Assembly (NCBI GenBank): GCA_964016885.1
Contig: OZ024754.1
Coordinates: 930,001 to 994,000, forward strand
Source of the DNA: Eledone cirrhosa
Lineage: Eukaryota
Direction of reading: 5' to 3'
DNA: 64,000 nt
Under the pieces are notes generated by a model. The model saw only the letters and a list, made by a program, of their open reading frames with translations, had not been told where the DNA came from and did not search any database. Made by a program: the position numbers and the translations under genes. Numbering within the stretch: position 1 is the stretch's first letter; each line of letters opens with the position of its first letter. Positions 1 to 13,560 of this stretch are shown one piece after another.

Positions 1-444
1 CTCTTTTACATATAACGACTCTGTTCTTGTACATTGAGCTAATACAATACTGTCACAAATACGACACGGTGTAGGTGCGTTTATGCACATACGTTGTCTA
101 CGTAAATATATAAATATATATATATATATATCATTTCTGAAGACAGCATGTATATGTGAAGGTATGTATATTTCCTCTGATAATTTGTAATATTTTTACA
201 TAGATCTATATGATATACATACCAACACACATATACATCCTAGAAACGATCGTAAAATGATGAATTTTTTAATATAAGGAACTCGTTCTTTGTTTTTATT
301 TCATTGTTTTTATTAATATATATATATATGACTGTATATCCGTATGTTATACACTGGTAATTAATATTTGTAAGCTTTCACTTTAATCACACCTGAAATA
401 CGACAACTGAGGGTAACAAAATATAGATAGACTATATATATAGA

Positions 445-792
445 CGTACAAGCTGGGCTAGGTGTAGTGTTGTTCCCACCTCACAGATTAGTCGTACAAG
501 CTGGGCTAGGTGTAGTGTTGATCCCACCTCACAGATTAGTCGTACAAGCTGGGCTAGGTGTAGTGTTGTTCCCACCTCACAGATTAGTCGTACAAGCTGG
601 GCTAGGTGTAGTGTTGTTCCCACCTCACAGATTAGTCGTACAAGCTGGGCTAGGTGTAGTGTTGTTCCCACCTCACAGATTAGTCGTACAAGCTGGGCTA
701 GGTGTAGTGTTGTTCTCACCTCACAGATTAGTCGTACAAGCTGGGCTAGGTGTAGTGTTGTTCTCACCTCACAGATTAGTCGTACAAGCTGG
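445..792. repeat. 48-bp minisatellite, about 7.2 copies
   Basis: Unit cgtacaagctgggctaggtgtagtgttgttcccacctcacagattagt starts at 445, 493, 541, 589, 637, 685, 733 and 781. Copies are nearly identical. Confidence 0.97.
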
Positions 793-1025
793 TGAAAGAT
801 GGTGTGTGTGTCTCTGCAAAAAACTACTAAAAAGCTAACAAAATAAATCAGACACACACAGATAGAACAAACATCCAACTATTGACAAATAAATAAAACA
901 TCAATAAATAAATAAACACGCACACACACACCCGGATGTAACGCATGCGCAAACTAAGCACACAACACACACAAACAAGATGGTGTAGGACAGAACAAAG
1001 GAGAGACACACAAAATAAAACCCTA

Positions 1026-1068
1026 GTCACTGAGGAGATCACAGATTGTGTGACTAAAGAGCTTTGAC
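1026..1068 (+). ncRNA. Decayed minimal hammerhead-like motif in a dispersed repeat (family also at 4003-4045 +, 37027-37071 -, 53200-53242 +)
   Basis: Consensus of copies: GUCA-CUGARGA-GGUCACA gaaug UGUGAC-GAAA-GAGCUU-UGAC. This copy has GAAA changed to UAAA. Confidence 0.55.
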
Positions 1069-4000
1069 AATATATAAACAACTATCCGATTATCAAACCA
1101 ACCAACCAACCGGAAATTTATAATAAATTGAAGTGAAAACCAACAGGTGCGTGTGTTTTATTGGCAAAATATAACAATATAACAATATATATATATATAT
1201 GTGTGGTAATAATAATAAATTTGAAGACTAAAATCCAAAGAGGGCTCAATAAGGATAAATATATATCAAATATATAAGAACTGTAGAGCAAATATTTATT
1301 AAAATAACAGATTAAAGTTTAAGCAAAGAATAGGGAGAGAGAGTCGGTTTCTAACATAGACACAAGACTCTCTCATTGGAATTTACACATCAACTAGGTA
1401 GATATGTATGCATGTGTAGATATGGATGTTATTGTATGTGTGGATATGTGGATGAAAGGCAAAGTCAACCTCGGCGGGATTTGAACTCAGATCGTAAAGG
1501 GACGTAACTATGCTGGAAAGCATGGCGTCCGACCCTCTGCCAATCCACCGCCCTTCTAATAATGATACTAATGGTTTCTTATATAGACACAAGGCCAGCA
1601 ATTTGGGGGGAGGGGAAAGTCGATTAAATCGAACCCAGTGCATTACTGGTGCTGTATTTGATCGACCCCTGTATTTGATTTAAGGATGAAAGGCAAAGCT
1701 AACCTCGGCAGGATTTGAACTCAAAACACAATGGGTCGTAACTCTATGCTACAAAGCAGGGTGTCCGGCGCTCTACCGATACTTCCAATCCACTGCCTTA
1801 ATGATAATTAAAATAATAATTGTTTCTACTTTTGGCACAAGGCCAGCAATTACCCAGTACATTACTTGTACTTTATTTTATCGACCCCGTAAGGATGAAA
1901 GGCAAAGTTAACCTCGACGGGATTTGAACTCAGAATGAAAATAATTAGGTTTACGGAAACTATGTGGTTTTCTGTTAGATGGAGTGTACCAACCTTGGTA
2001 CCATGTGTCACATTGAATCTACGTGAGAATTATGTTAAAGACGCACCTGTCAATGGAATATTCAGTCACTTTGTATATTAATTAAATGATTTTATTGAAC
2101 AACTTGATATTCAGATGTCCTTCTCAACAAGATAGTCCATCATACCGACACAATTACTGAATTAAGTTTGGTGCTTGCGCTAACAGTTACAAGAGCGGAG
2201 CCAGCTCCTAAAGTTAGGGTACTCGTGCTTGTGCAATGGTCAAGCATTTGCACGTTAAATTAATAAGCAGTCTGTTCTGTTGCTAGAATAACTGGAACAC
2301 TCATCAAAGGTCAAACATACACACACTCACACACACGTTTACAAAGTTACTCGACACTCGAATTTACCAGAACGACCGCCAACCTTCATTATATCTTTGT
2401 ACGTGTCTTGAAAAACATTTACGATTTTAGTTTGTCAGTTGATGACTTAAGAAACCGTGTCTGATAAAAAAATTGAATTTTTTCACATTAACCTGTGTTG
2501 TTAAAATGCTTTGGTTTCCATAGTAATACATTTGAAAGTTGAATTTTTAAAATACACAATGAATCAAGAACGTTTGGTTTCACTAATTTGTAGTCCCACC
2601 GATAAACAGACTTTCATCGTCTTAAAACCACGAAAAGTATTACACAAGATATTAAAGGAATTGGTCATAAAACGAAGACAATTGGAATGTATGCTTAAAT
2701 GAAGTAAGTGTTTATTTTTTATAGAATGATTATACATTTTTACCTGGTAATATAATTGTGCATGTAGGGTAGGGGGTTGTCAGTATCAGTAGAGCGTCGG
2801 ACAATATGCTTAGCGCCATAGAATTATGGCTCTTTACTATCTCAGTTCAAATCTGGCCAACGTTAGCTTTGCCTTTCATCCTCCAGCGGTCGATAAAATA
2901 AAGCACCAGTCACGTACTGAGGTCTATGTAATGACATTTTCCTTCCCCACAAATTGTTGGCCTTGTGCCTAAATTAGAAATCATTCTTCTTCTTCTTATT
3001 ATTATTATGGTGGATAGGCGGTGGATTGGCAGCATAGAGTTACGTCGCTTTACGGTCTGAGTTCAAATCCCGCCAAGGTTAACTTTGCCTTTCATCCTTA
3101 CGGAGTCGATAAAATAAAGTACCAATAACGTACTGGGGTAGATTTAATCGACTTTCCCCTGTCCCAAAATGACGATAATCTGACGAAGTGGTCACATCTA
3201 CTTTCACCACCAATAGCTAACGTAGTTACCAGTCCCGTGACCCAAACTAGGTACTAGCGGGTCTTTAAAATGTTTCACTTCAAGTAAAATTTAGCTTCTC
3301 GAGCACCATCCGAATCTCATGAGCTGAAGGTAGGTAGTAAGTTTTCACAAGATTCCATCCTTGGGGTGGGGGACGTCATGTGTTTGTTGAATGAAATCTC
3401 TGATATTTTGTCAATTGTTTTTCTCTATCTGCAATCTCTGTCAACTTTTTTCTGTCTCATCCAGATAGTTCTTTCATCATACATGGCATTTCTTACCAGA
3501 AAAAAAATTATGACAGTTTTTCTAAGCAATGTTAACAATATACGTGATATAACAGTCTCGTTATAAAAGAGAAAGCAACTTAAATTTACCATAGCAATAT
3601 ATAACAAACCACTATGCAGGTGAAATAGCTGTATATCCAAAGTCCTCGAGCAGTTATATATTCGTTTATGCTACAACAGATCATAACAGCATGTGAGAAT
3701 AATATCATATATTGGTTCAACCTGACTTTTTGTTGCATAAATACACGTTCATTCTTCTTATATTAACCCAGCTATTTCATTCGCTATAACATATATTATT
3801 GTTTGTTTTAAGGGAATGAGATTTGGTTCAACCTGCAAAAATACATGTCTATTCCTCTCATATTACGGCCCTTTGTGTTCTGAGTTCAAATCCCACCGAG
3901 GTTAGCTTTGCCCTTCATCCTTACGTGGTCGATAAAATAAAACACCAGTAATAGTAAAAAATAAATTAAAAAAAAACACAAGGGGAGGAAACGCAACGAT

Positions 4001-6409
4001 AAGCACTGAAGATGTCACAGAATTGTGAAACGAAATAACTTTTAGAAATTATAGTTATATTTATAATTTTAATTGATTGTCAATTAATGATAAACATTGA
4101 TTGCCTGTTAAATTATTTATAAAAATATACTGAAGTGAAAACCAAACCCAACAGTGAGTGTGTTTTACTAATTTTGGCAATATTAGGATAACATGACCCT
4201 CCCCGAATATAACAATATCTGTTTCAACACACGATTTCATATGAAAAACCTTGCAAAACAAATACATCGCCGCCAAATCTAGATGGATTTTATTGAAAAA
4301 AAAAAGATCAATGTACAGTGTGATTTTCAAGACAACAAAGAACATACACGATATAAAAGATTAATGATATTATGAATAGATTAATTAGATTAATCGTATG
4401 TTATAAATTTCTGGATAGATGATAATATGACGAAGTATGAGAAAAAAAACAAAAAAACTGATTCGGCGGTTTTTCTTAGTTTTCTTTTCTAGAAGTATCT
4501 TTAACGATATGCAGACGACCGTTGTAATGAAGCAGTTTATATTTCGTTTCATCTGCACCTGTTCCTCTTATACCCAATCCAAAGATATCATTGATTAACT
4601 TTCTGCTGGAGTGGAGAAGTGTTTTCTGTTCGGATTTGTTCGTAATTCTGCAAAATGTAAAATTCGAATAGGCAAAAAAAAACAAAAATAAAAACAAAAA
4701 GAGAAAAAAAACCAATATTTTCATTCATATTGATTGTCGAAGGTTTTTCAACAGCTGCACACACATACACACACATACACACACGCACACACGCGCACAC
4801 ACACACACACAACCACACAACCACATAACCACACACACACAACCACACACACAGAGAAACATACATACACAGACACACGCACACTTATAATCCTGAAGCG
4901 AATGAATCCATTAAAATACTTTTTTTTAAAATATATAATTCGTAATGTAAAGACAGAAAAAATATTTACATCCATGTTTTCGTAATTTGCTTCTGTTTGA
5001 ATTAGAAAAATGTACCAAAAATCCTGTCGGATGACGCATAAATCCAATAAGCTGAATGTAAGATAAGATCAGAAAGTGAAAACGATATGACATGAGATAG
5101 TGTTACGACATCAATTTGAGAGTGATGTTATTATAACTTTTCATATTTTTACCAGTCATCTGTGTGCATTTTATAATTTTCTCTTTATTTTTTCAATTTT
5201 TAATACCTCAAATCTGTGAATGTCATGAACTCGATTCCTGGCCGTGCGTTATATACTTGAGCAGGGCACTTTATTTAATGTTACTCCAGTTCACTCAGCT
5301 GCAGAAAAAAATGAACTCTACGTGTATTTCAAAGGGAAAGCCTTATCTCACATACTGTGTCACACTAATTATCATCGAGAAATGCGTTAAGAGTGTACGT
5401 GTATGTGGAATGCTCAGCCACTTACACGGTAATTTCACGAACTGTTCCAGTCTGGAACTAGCTGTTGAAACGGCATGAGCTCAGCCGTCGGGCGCCGACT
5501 TTTTATAATATATTGATATATATATATAGACACACAAACACACGAACCGACGAAGGAACATTAGACCTAAGTCTAACTCTACAGTGAATCGGGCGAGACG
5601 ATGTTTTCATTCCCCCCGAAGGAGCTCTAGTGTTGCCTAGGTTTTGAACTCTAATCTGAGCAGATGAAATACTTAAATATACTGTCAAATAATTCGGTTC
5701 AAACTCTTGATTTTTCAGCTATTTCTACTAACTTCTCGATTATAGAATATGTAAGAAATCCAAACAACCCCAACTGAATTTTCTTATTTATTGCAGGGAC
5801 ACATCTGTTTAGATAGGTTGAATAATTCTTAAATCACAATGGTAAATTCTTCTTATTTTAGATTTCCCTAGAAATGTGCACCAGTTTTACCATTAATATA
5901 TTTGTTTATTAATACATTTGATTTACCTTTAATAACGAAAAGAATAATTTAAAACGAATATATTATTTCAACTGAGCTCGGAATGGAATTAAATCTTGTA
6001 TTTTTATATAAAAGCACAACAACAAAAACAACAACAGCAGCACCAACAGCAACATCAATAACACAATAAACTCAACACGCGAACCGAAATATTATGAGAA
6101 GAATGATAAAAGAAATTAAACGTAATTTACGAGAGTATCAAATCCAAAACTCAATAAACAAATAAATAAATAAATAAATAATAATAAATAAATAAAGTAA
6201 AATAGTAGCATTGATGAAACAAAAGAAATTTCATCTTCATTGATAATTTCAAATCTATTTCATGAGGTCTTAAAATAAATCTAATAAAGAAATTAAAGAA
6301 AGATATTTCACAGTTTATCATCTGAAAATAAGATATTTAAATCACAAGAACCCCATGTCTGCGAATATATCTGCAAATCTATCTATCTATCTTCAATGAC
6401 TTTGAGATC

Positions 6410-6945
6410 TACGCATCTCTCTGTCAGCCGGGAGGGGGAGTGACTGTCATGTTTCGGAAAAACCTGGATCTCGAAGTTCAGCAGGTACACTTGGACCCGG
6501 AGGGTAGAATGGTAGTCCTAGACGTGAACAGTATTGGAGGTGGAGCCTTCCGACTGGTGGCCGTTTATGCCCCGACCGGGCAATCACAAACGCGGCCAGA
6601 CTTCTTTAAGCGTCTAGAGTCATTTCTGGGAACGTCTCGCTCCTTGCTTTTAGTGGGGGACTGGAATGGTATCCTAGATGCACGATAGAACTATGTGGGA
6701 GGATGTCCCAGTAGAGGGGGGTGGGGGGAGTTGCAACAGCCTAAAAAATCTAATCGGCCAATTCGACTAGATTTCCCGACTGCACCACAGTGGACGTGGG
6801 CAAACCGCAGCGGGACTCTAGATCGTATCTAGATAGGTTTTTCATTAGAGAGAAGGACAAGAAGATGATAAGCTGTCCACAAATGCACATGGTTGCCTAT
6901 TCAGATCACAAACTAGTCGCCTGCATAGTCAACCGTGATAGAATA
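6410..6945 (+). mobile_element. L1/Tx1-clade LINE AP-endonuclease fragment (disrupted)
   Basis: GGVTVMF, D.EGRMVVLDV, LVAVYAPT, GDWN, SYLDR and SDHKLV motifs, with a stop and frameshifts. Confidence 0.9.
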
Positions 6946-9719
6946 CAATGTCATCAAGAAAAAAAGAAAGAAAGAGCAAAGGAAAAAAAAAGAAGAAAAA
7001 CATGGGAGAGGGGATCAAACTTGGTTAGATAGTATGTTTCAGCTGCATTCCACGGATGAGATGGCGAAAGCGTTGCTGTAGAACACAGTCAGCGATTTCC
7101 ACTTCATCAACCATTCCACATCGCGGGACTCCTTTCTTAGCCGAGATGCCATCGTTCTCATTTGAGTTTCAATAATTTTCATTTGATTTTCATGTCCAAA
7201 TTTCAACTGAGATTAACTGATAACAAATTACACCTAATACCAGAATTGTGCCCTTATTCAAAACAATGTCATGGCGAGTTTTAAATGAGGGTTTCAGAAA
7301 TATAGTAGTGTTAGACAATAGGTTAAAGCTGAAGTTTTGAAAAGAGATAGAAAAAAGTTAATTTTATGATGACAAAATTACATTCAATTCTTAGTTAAAT
7401 TTATTTTAAAAATATCAAAAAGACAGAAACAACAACGTTTCACACGAAAGAAGAAAAAAAGGGATGTCAATAGAAATTGGTAGTCGGAAAATAATATTCC
7501 ATAATATAATTTAAGCGTTCTTAACATTCTGTAAAGGTAAAAAATAATCCAGAAAAACAAACATTAAGACAAACCAAAAACAGAAACAAACCCGCTTTTG
7601 ATGCTCAACAATTGAAAATTCATAGATACTAAAGAATCGAAAATGGAATGTAATATTTGACATTTATGTTCGATTCTTTAGTATCTAATAATTTTCAATT
7701 CTTTAGCATAAAACAAAACACAGTAAAACATCTCACTATATTTATCTTGAGAATTCAGGAGAATGATAGAATTTTCTATTAACCATTTCTTTCAAAATCC
7801 AAAAGGTTTCTTTAACGGTATATGGAGAACGTTCAGTTTATAATGTATAGCTTTCCATCATCTACCCTTTTATATTGGTTTTCTTGTTTCTTTCATATGA
7901 AGTCATTTTATGAAGTAAACTTTAACCTTCGTTCTTTACATTTTCATGAAATCATTGTCTATATACATTATTTTTTGATTTTCATATGATTAACAAGTGC
8001 ATGAGATGATAAATTGGCAGAGTTGTTAGGACGTTGAATACAATACTTTGCTCTATCTATTCGTTCTAGCTGTCTGCGCTCTGGGTTCAAATTCCTCCGT
8101 AGTCCGTAAATAAAATACCAGTCGAGTAGTGAGACCGACTCGTCCTCCCCCACTGTCTCTCTGAAAAAAAATCGGCTGTATTCATACCGGGAGAGGAATG
8201 GGCTTCACCAGGTTTCCCAACACGGGTTTCCCAGGACTCCAACAGGGGTTAAAGTTCCATGGTTGGAACCAGTGCTTGTAGTTTTAAAGCTTTAGCAAAT
8301 CTAGCCCAAAATATTAGTTCCTTTTGATTAAGCACTTGGGAGGGGCAATAGGAAATACATTCATGCCTTCTCCAAAGAACACTATAAACGGAATTTTCAA
8401 TGGAAATTGAAAACTCACAACATATTTGATACGACGTAATAATAGTTCAACTTGGCTTCACGGCATTAACTCAAGAAAATGTTCATCTCCCTTTTACTAT
8501 ATACCAGGAATAAAGTCTGCAGAGGAGCTGTTTATTTTATGGAACCTTGGCAGCAGGAAGGAGCATTTTAATTGGTCAGTATTTGAACACAGAAGTACAA
8601 AGATCAATATTGTTAGACCACCAATTTAACATTCTGCTGTTTCTTCCAATTTGCCTCTTTCGTTAAACATAGAAGGAATAATCACTAAAAAACAACAACA
8701 TAAAACCGTCCAAATCTGACATGACTGTATGATATATATAATATATCACATGGTAACACAGGCTCTGATAATTACAGACATCTGTAAAGTTTTAGGTACT
8801 GAAATGGTTTTTGTCAGTGTATTTCGATATACAATTAATTATTTGCTAAAGGCAATTACTTTGATTCTAATTTGTATATTGTTACCAGCTTGTAATGAAG
8901 TTCTCTGGTAACTTGAAACTTAGGAAATTGACGTCAAGAATGAAGAAATCTTTTAGTGTTTCATTCAATAGTATGCAGTAAGAAGGCAACGAATAAAAAA
9001 AAAAAAAAACAAAAAAAAACGTAAAAACCCTCAGAAAGACAAACAAACAAACAAATAAAAAACAGACGAACAAAATCAACAACAAACAAATAACAAACAA
9101 GCCAAAACGGTAAAGAACTGAAATAAAATTAAATACTTTGTAGTACTTTGGTCTTTTTGTGTTTTGAGTTTACATCTCGCCGAGGTCAATACCAAAAAGA
9201 AAAGAAAGTAGTTTCTTTTTTATTGCTTCTCGTTTGAAAGTGTTTTTTCTCCGCTAATGATATTAGAAAAAGCAAGAACATAAGTTACTATTTTTTATCT
9301 CTGTCAGTACATGAATATTGTGTGTAGGGAAAATAAAATCTTTAACCATGTCATGTCATGAACACTGTGAGTAGAGATAAAGTATGAAAAATCGCATATC
9401 ACCCCCTTTTTCTCATAAATACCTAGTCTTGTAAGAAATATTTAGCATTACTTTTGTGAAGTATCTGTGCTTATTCTTACAATTATTTAACAGATTGTAG
9501 GTGAAGTATAATAGACAGCGAATTGAACGTCCGATAGAGTGCTTCGCGGTATTTGTTCAGGCTTTCTGCACTCTAAGTTCAAATCCAGCCGGGGTCAACT
9601 CCAGACTGGAACTAGCTGTTGAAACGGTCAACTCCCGACTGGGACTAGCTGAAGAAACGACAAGAGTTCAGCCTTCGGGTCCCGACTTTTTATAATATAT
9701 ATATATATATTTATAAAAT

Positions 9720-11455
9720 AATAATAATAATAATATTAATAAAGATGCTGATGTTACATAAATTCATTATAATTATTTCAATGGTTCCCCCATGCAATCA
9801 AGATGTAATTCATGCATTTGTTGCTGTTATGAGAACAGTATCCTCAGATGAAATTCGATTTTGTGATATGCCGCCGGCAGGAAAAAAAAGGACACTCCTT
9901 TTGCTCGTGCGTCCAGCAGACATATGAGTTCCTGGAAGGTCTTCCAGCCGTTGTGTTTACTGGAGTAAGATGTTATCAACGTGTCAACTGGCGAAATCAG
10001 GATTCACGCACCCCCACGGATTTGGGGTCGTAAATCAGCAAAAGGGTAACCCCTCAAGTGTGTTGACCTGTATCAAACGAGAGTCTTATGCGTAGCCAGA
10101 AAAAACATACAGATATAAATGCAGGTACACATACGGAGAACATAGGAACAAACGGAACAAAGATTATACATAAATATAAAAGCTGGTATACATACGGAGG
10201 ACAAGGAACAAAGAACAAAGGGACATAAAATACGGACCCTCATGTCACGATCATAAGATCCCATAGGTGCATAACAGAATAGTGGTAAAGTGATTCGGAG
10301 CGGATGCACGCAAGCTATCCAGGGTTCGTTGTGTGGCCACGTCCGGCTCCCACGGTCAAGCTTTGAACTGGCCCTCAACCAGTACAACTGTGTTGTTAAT
10401 CCGTACAATTTGAGGAAGGTTCCAGATGATCTGTGGTGGCAGGTACTGAACAAGTTACTCCTTTTATTGATAACCCGAGCTCCCCTCTCGATTATCTCTA
10501 TAATTTCAGTGACACATAGATTGCATGAGTCATGCCCTCCTCCCCTGTAGGGTTGGGTTGAGGCCACCTTGGACCAAGACAATGTGTGTCCCATGTTGTC
10601 ATGTTCGAGACGCTACACCAGTTCGGAGAGGGTGGGGCTTTCTTATCCATTCTCCTAAAGGTGTAGCAATGATTGACCCAGCGTTCCTTAAATTTATTAT
10701 ACCTCCGATATAGGTGAAGATTTGGTTATTGGTACTCACCCTAAATTCATAGACTAAGCTACTGCTTAGGCACCTGCCTTCCAGGGGCAGTTACCGGGGT
10801 TTCTACAATTACAGCTCGGAGAGGTGTTGCTGCCTGAATTACCGGATCATGCTGCATGATTCCTTGGTCGTTCATGGTTCATAATGTTACCATCGGAGGA
10901 AGAGGCATTTGTGTTGTGCGCCTCCTCCTGGTTGCTGACCCCCCCCCCTCCCGGAGTCGCGGACGTTTTATTAATCTACTCGAGTTTAAGATTTCTATAT
11001 TTTGTGCCAGGTTTCTGGTTGTGGAGTAGGACAATTTAATTGCGTGCCTGTTGAAAATGGCGCAGTACTTGTGCTGTTTAGGGAAGTGCTTATCTAAGAC
11101 CCTGAAGAAAGAGGTTGCGAGATTGCTACGTAATCTGGCGCAGAAGGGGGGCGGTATACCATACGACATTGCGGGAACGAGTTCGCTTCCTGGTGTAGGC
11201 CCCAGTCCCGCTACCTACTCCATCCGAGTATGCGTTACGCAACTGACGTGGGCGCTTGGAATGGCCACGGCCCCCGGTTCGTCGTTGCCCATTGGGTTGG
11301 GTTGGCAATGCCGATTGTAGCCTGCCGAACTGAGGATACCGTTTTCATAACAACAAATGCATGAATTTCATCTTGATTACATGGGAGAACCGTTGAAATA
11401 ATTATAATGAATAAACGATTTATGTAACATCATCTTTATTAATGTTATTATTATA
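9720..11455 (-). mobile_element. Penelope-like element fragment (post-RT/GIY-YIG region) bracketed by an inverted repeat
   Basis: PPFC...LDKHFPKQHKY..IFNRHAIKLSYS and C-terminal CNLCVTE...INKRSNLFSTCHH. Segments 9720-9852 and 11330-11455 are inverted copies. Confidence 0.9.
9763..9852 (-). ncRNA. Type I hammerhead ribozyme with long stem II
   Basis: UUCAU-CUGAGGA-(about 60-nt stem II domain)-GAAA-UAAUUA-UA-AUGAA, with a 5-bp stem I. The inverted copy at 11330-11411 (+) lacks the 5' stem I strand. Confidence 0.65.
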
Positions 11456-11466
11456 CTGAATTATTA

Positions 11467-11656
11467 GGGAGGTGGATTGGCAGTATCGATAGAGGGTCGG
11501 GCGCCATGCTTTGACGCATAGAGTTACGGCCCTTGCCATTCTGAGTTCAAATCCCGCCGAGGTTAACTTTGCCTTTCATCCTTATGGGGTCGATAAAATA
11601 AAGTACCAGTAATACACTGGATAATTGCTGGCCTTGTGCCAAAAGTAGAAACAATT
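11467..11656 (+). mobile_element. tRNA-derived SINE (octopus OK-like), full length
   Basis: A-box TGGCAGTATCG, B-box GTTCAAATCC, central GCCTTTCATCC...GGTCGATAAAAT..GTACCAG, flanking ttatactgaat duplication. More than 20 further full or partial copies occur in the window. Confidence 0.9.
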
Positions 11657-12630
11657 ATACTGAATCTCCCTCGTAACTACAAACTACGAATGTTGAGCGC
11701 TTTCTCCTCCTACTCCTGTTTTTACCAAAAGAATCTCTTCGGAACACACACACACACACACACGCACACACACGCACACACACACGCACACGCACACACA
11801 CACAGACACACAGACACGCATACTCACACATACACACACACGCATACTCACACATACACACACACGCATACTCACACATACACACACACGCATACTCACA
11901 CATACACACGCATACACACACATTACACATATAATAGAACAAAAAAACCAAAAGAGGCAATCATTTAGAACAATATAGCAATAAATATAACTTGAAATGT
12001 TAAAATTTAATCCTGTTTTTATATGTTTGTGACGAATTTATTATTGATATTCTGCACCTTCTACAGTGTAGTGTATTTAGCACTCATTAGATTGTCATGT
12101 GTATTGTGCAGTAGAGTTGTTTTTATGGGAGGTATTGGAGATTGGATATTAACAAGAGTAGTAGTTAGAGAAATTATTGATAATAGGGAATTATTAGAGA
12201 GATTTCTCCAGAGAACTACATAATCGATTGGTCGCTTTATAGAGGATGGTGAAGTTGGTAATGCCAGCTATATAAATACTATAATTCGATTAAGAATTTA
12301 TAGGATATGAAGAAGTTAGCGATGTCGACCTCTAAATATCATAATTTGTTCCGTAATCTATAATAATCTTAATTTAAATACCGTTAGCTGCACTATGGAG
12401 TGTTTCTGCTATCGTGAATCATTGACAGGAAATTTCATTGCATTCATTTTGAAATAAAGATTTGACCACCAACCCTATATAAAGTTGTCGTTCTCGTCGA
12501 AGTAATTTCTCAGCTAAATATTATTTTATTACTGATACTCTACAATGTTTGAAAATAACATTCAATAAATGTTCATCAAACTTTTCAATTTTAACTCTTA
12601 ATATTCTGTAATGACTTAGCAGAAAATATC

Positions 12631-12734
12631 TACCGTATTTCCCGGTAAACAATCTTCGGCCTCCAGGACGCATGGTACATTTTTGAGACTTATTTTAGGA
12701 AAAATTAGCGTCTTCGACGCCGGGAAATACGGTA
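12631..12734. mobile_element. Tc1/mariner-pogo type MITE (about 100 bp)
   Basis: Perfect 15-bp inverted ends TACCGTATTTCCCGG / CCGGGAAATACGGTA, including the flanking TA. Confidence 0.8.
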
Positions 12735-12830
12735 ATTGATTCAAATACTTATATCATCTTTACTAGTAAAGACTAAGTTTTAATGTGATATAGTTATGGT
12801 GCTATTTAGCACTTCTTAAGAATGTTTTGT

Positions 12831-12978
12831 TAATGTAGTTTCATGTGGTAAAGGCTTTCAGTTTTAATGTAATACAGTCATGGGGCTGTTTTGCTAATGT
12901 AGTTTCATGTGGTAAAGGCTTTCAGTTTTAATGTAAAACAGTCATGGGGCTGTTTTGCTAATGTAGTTTCATGTGGTA
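12831..12978. repeat. 64-bp tandem repeat, about 2.3 copies
   Basis: taatgtagtttcatgtggta recurs at 12831, 12895 and 12959. Confidence 0.9.
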
Positions 12979-13194
12979 CAGGACGTTAAACGATAATGTA
13001 GACTCAATTGTTTGCACAGTTTTTTCTGCTGCATTATTAGAAAACATTGACCCTCCCCCTCAAGTCGATTTAAGCAGGGTATTTAATTGAAGGAGTTCTG
13101 ATCAATTGTCTGGTGTCACTCTCATTAAAACACCAAATCTTGAACAGATGTGAACAAGATATTTCCTTAAGTCTTCTGGGATTTTACTAAAACC

Positions 13195-13560
13195 TAAAAA
13201 GGCTTCAATCAAGGTAGTGATTGTGTCAATTATGATCAACCCTTTATCAACATTTTGAACGTACCCCCAGTTCATATTTAATATTTCCCATTGCTGTGAT
13301 AAGGGCCACTTATCAGTACCAAGGGGGATTTAAAATCTAATATTATCACACGTTACAAGAGCTGATAAATACTTTAATATCTCTACGAAGATAGGCCACC
13401 AAACACAAGCACTTACTTTAATGTTTGTTGATCACCCATTTATGTATCATGAATTGTGAAAAGAACTTTTATACAAAAGGGTTCAGTAATAAATATCCTG
13501 TTTTTATTGAAGATAACATTAACCCCTACAGCCAGTTCAGATGAATGTTAGGCAAATTGT
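13195..13560 (-). mobile_element. Gypsy/Ty3 LTR-retrotransposon integrase remnant
   Basis: Minus-strand translation across frameshifts gives IHDT*MG...VWWP...DIKVFISSCNVC (HHCC finger), then WP..QQWEILNMNWGYV...LIIIDTITTLIEA. Confidence 0.7.

Noticed and set aside
445-792. CRISPR-like array or 16-aa repeat protein ORFs
   Set aside because: There are no unique spacers and the context is eukaryotic. The ORFs arise only because the unit length is a multiple of 3.
5458-5516. Apparent 59-bp mini-Helitron (TC...hairpin...CTAG on the minus strand)
   Set aside because: Homology with the 9601 copy extends beyond the CTAG, and the sequence aligns with the 3' half of the 52899 hammerhead family.
5540-5635. 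Hammerhead-like motif (CCGACGA...GAAG-GAGCUC-UA)
   Set aside because: Two core substitutions and a displaced stem I make it too weak to call.
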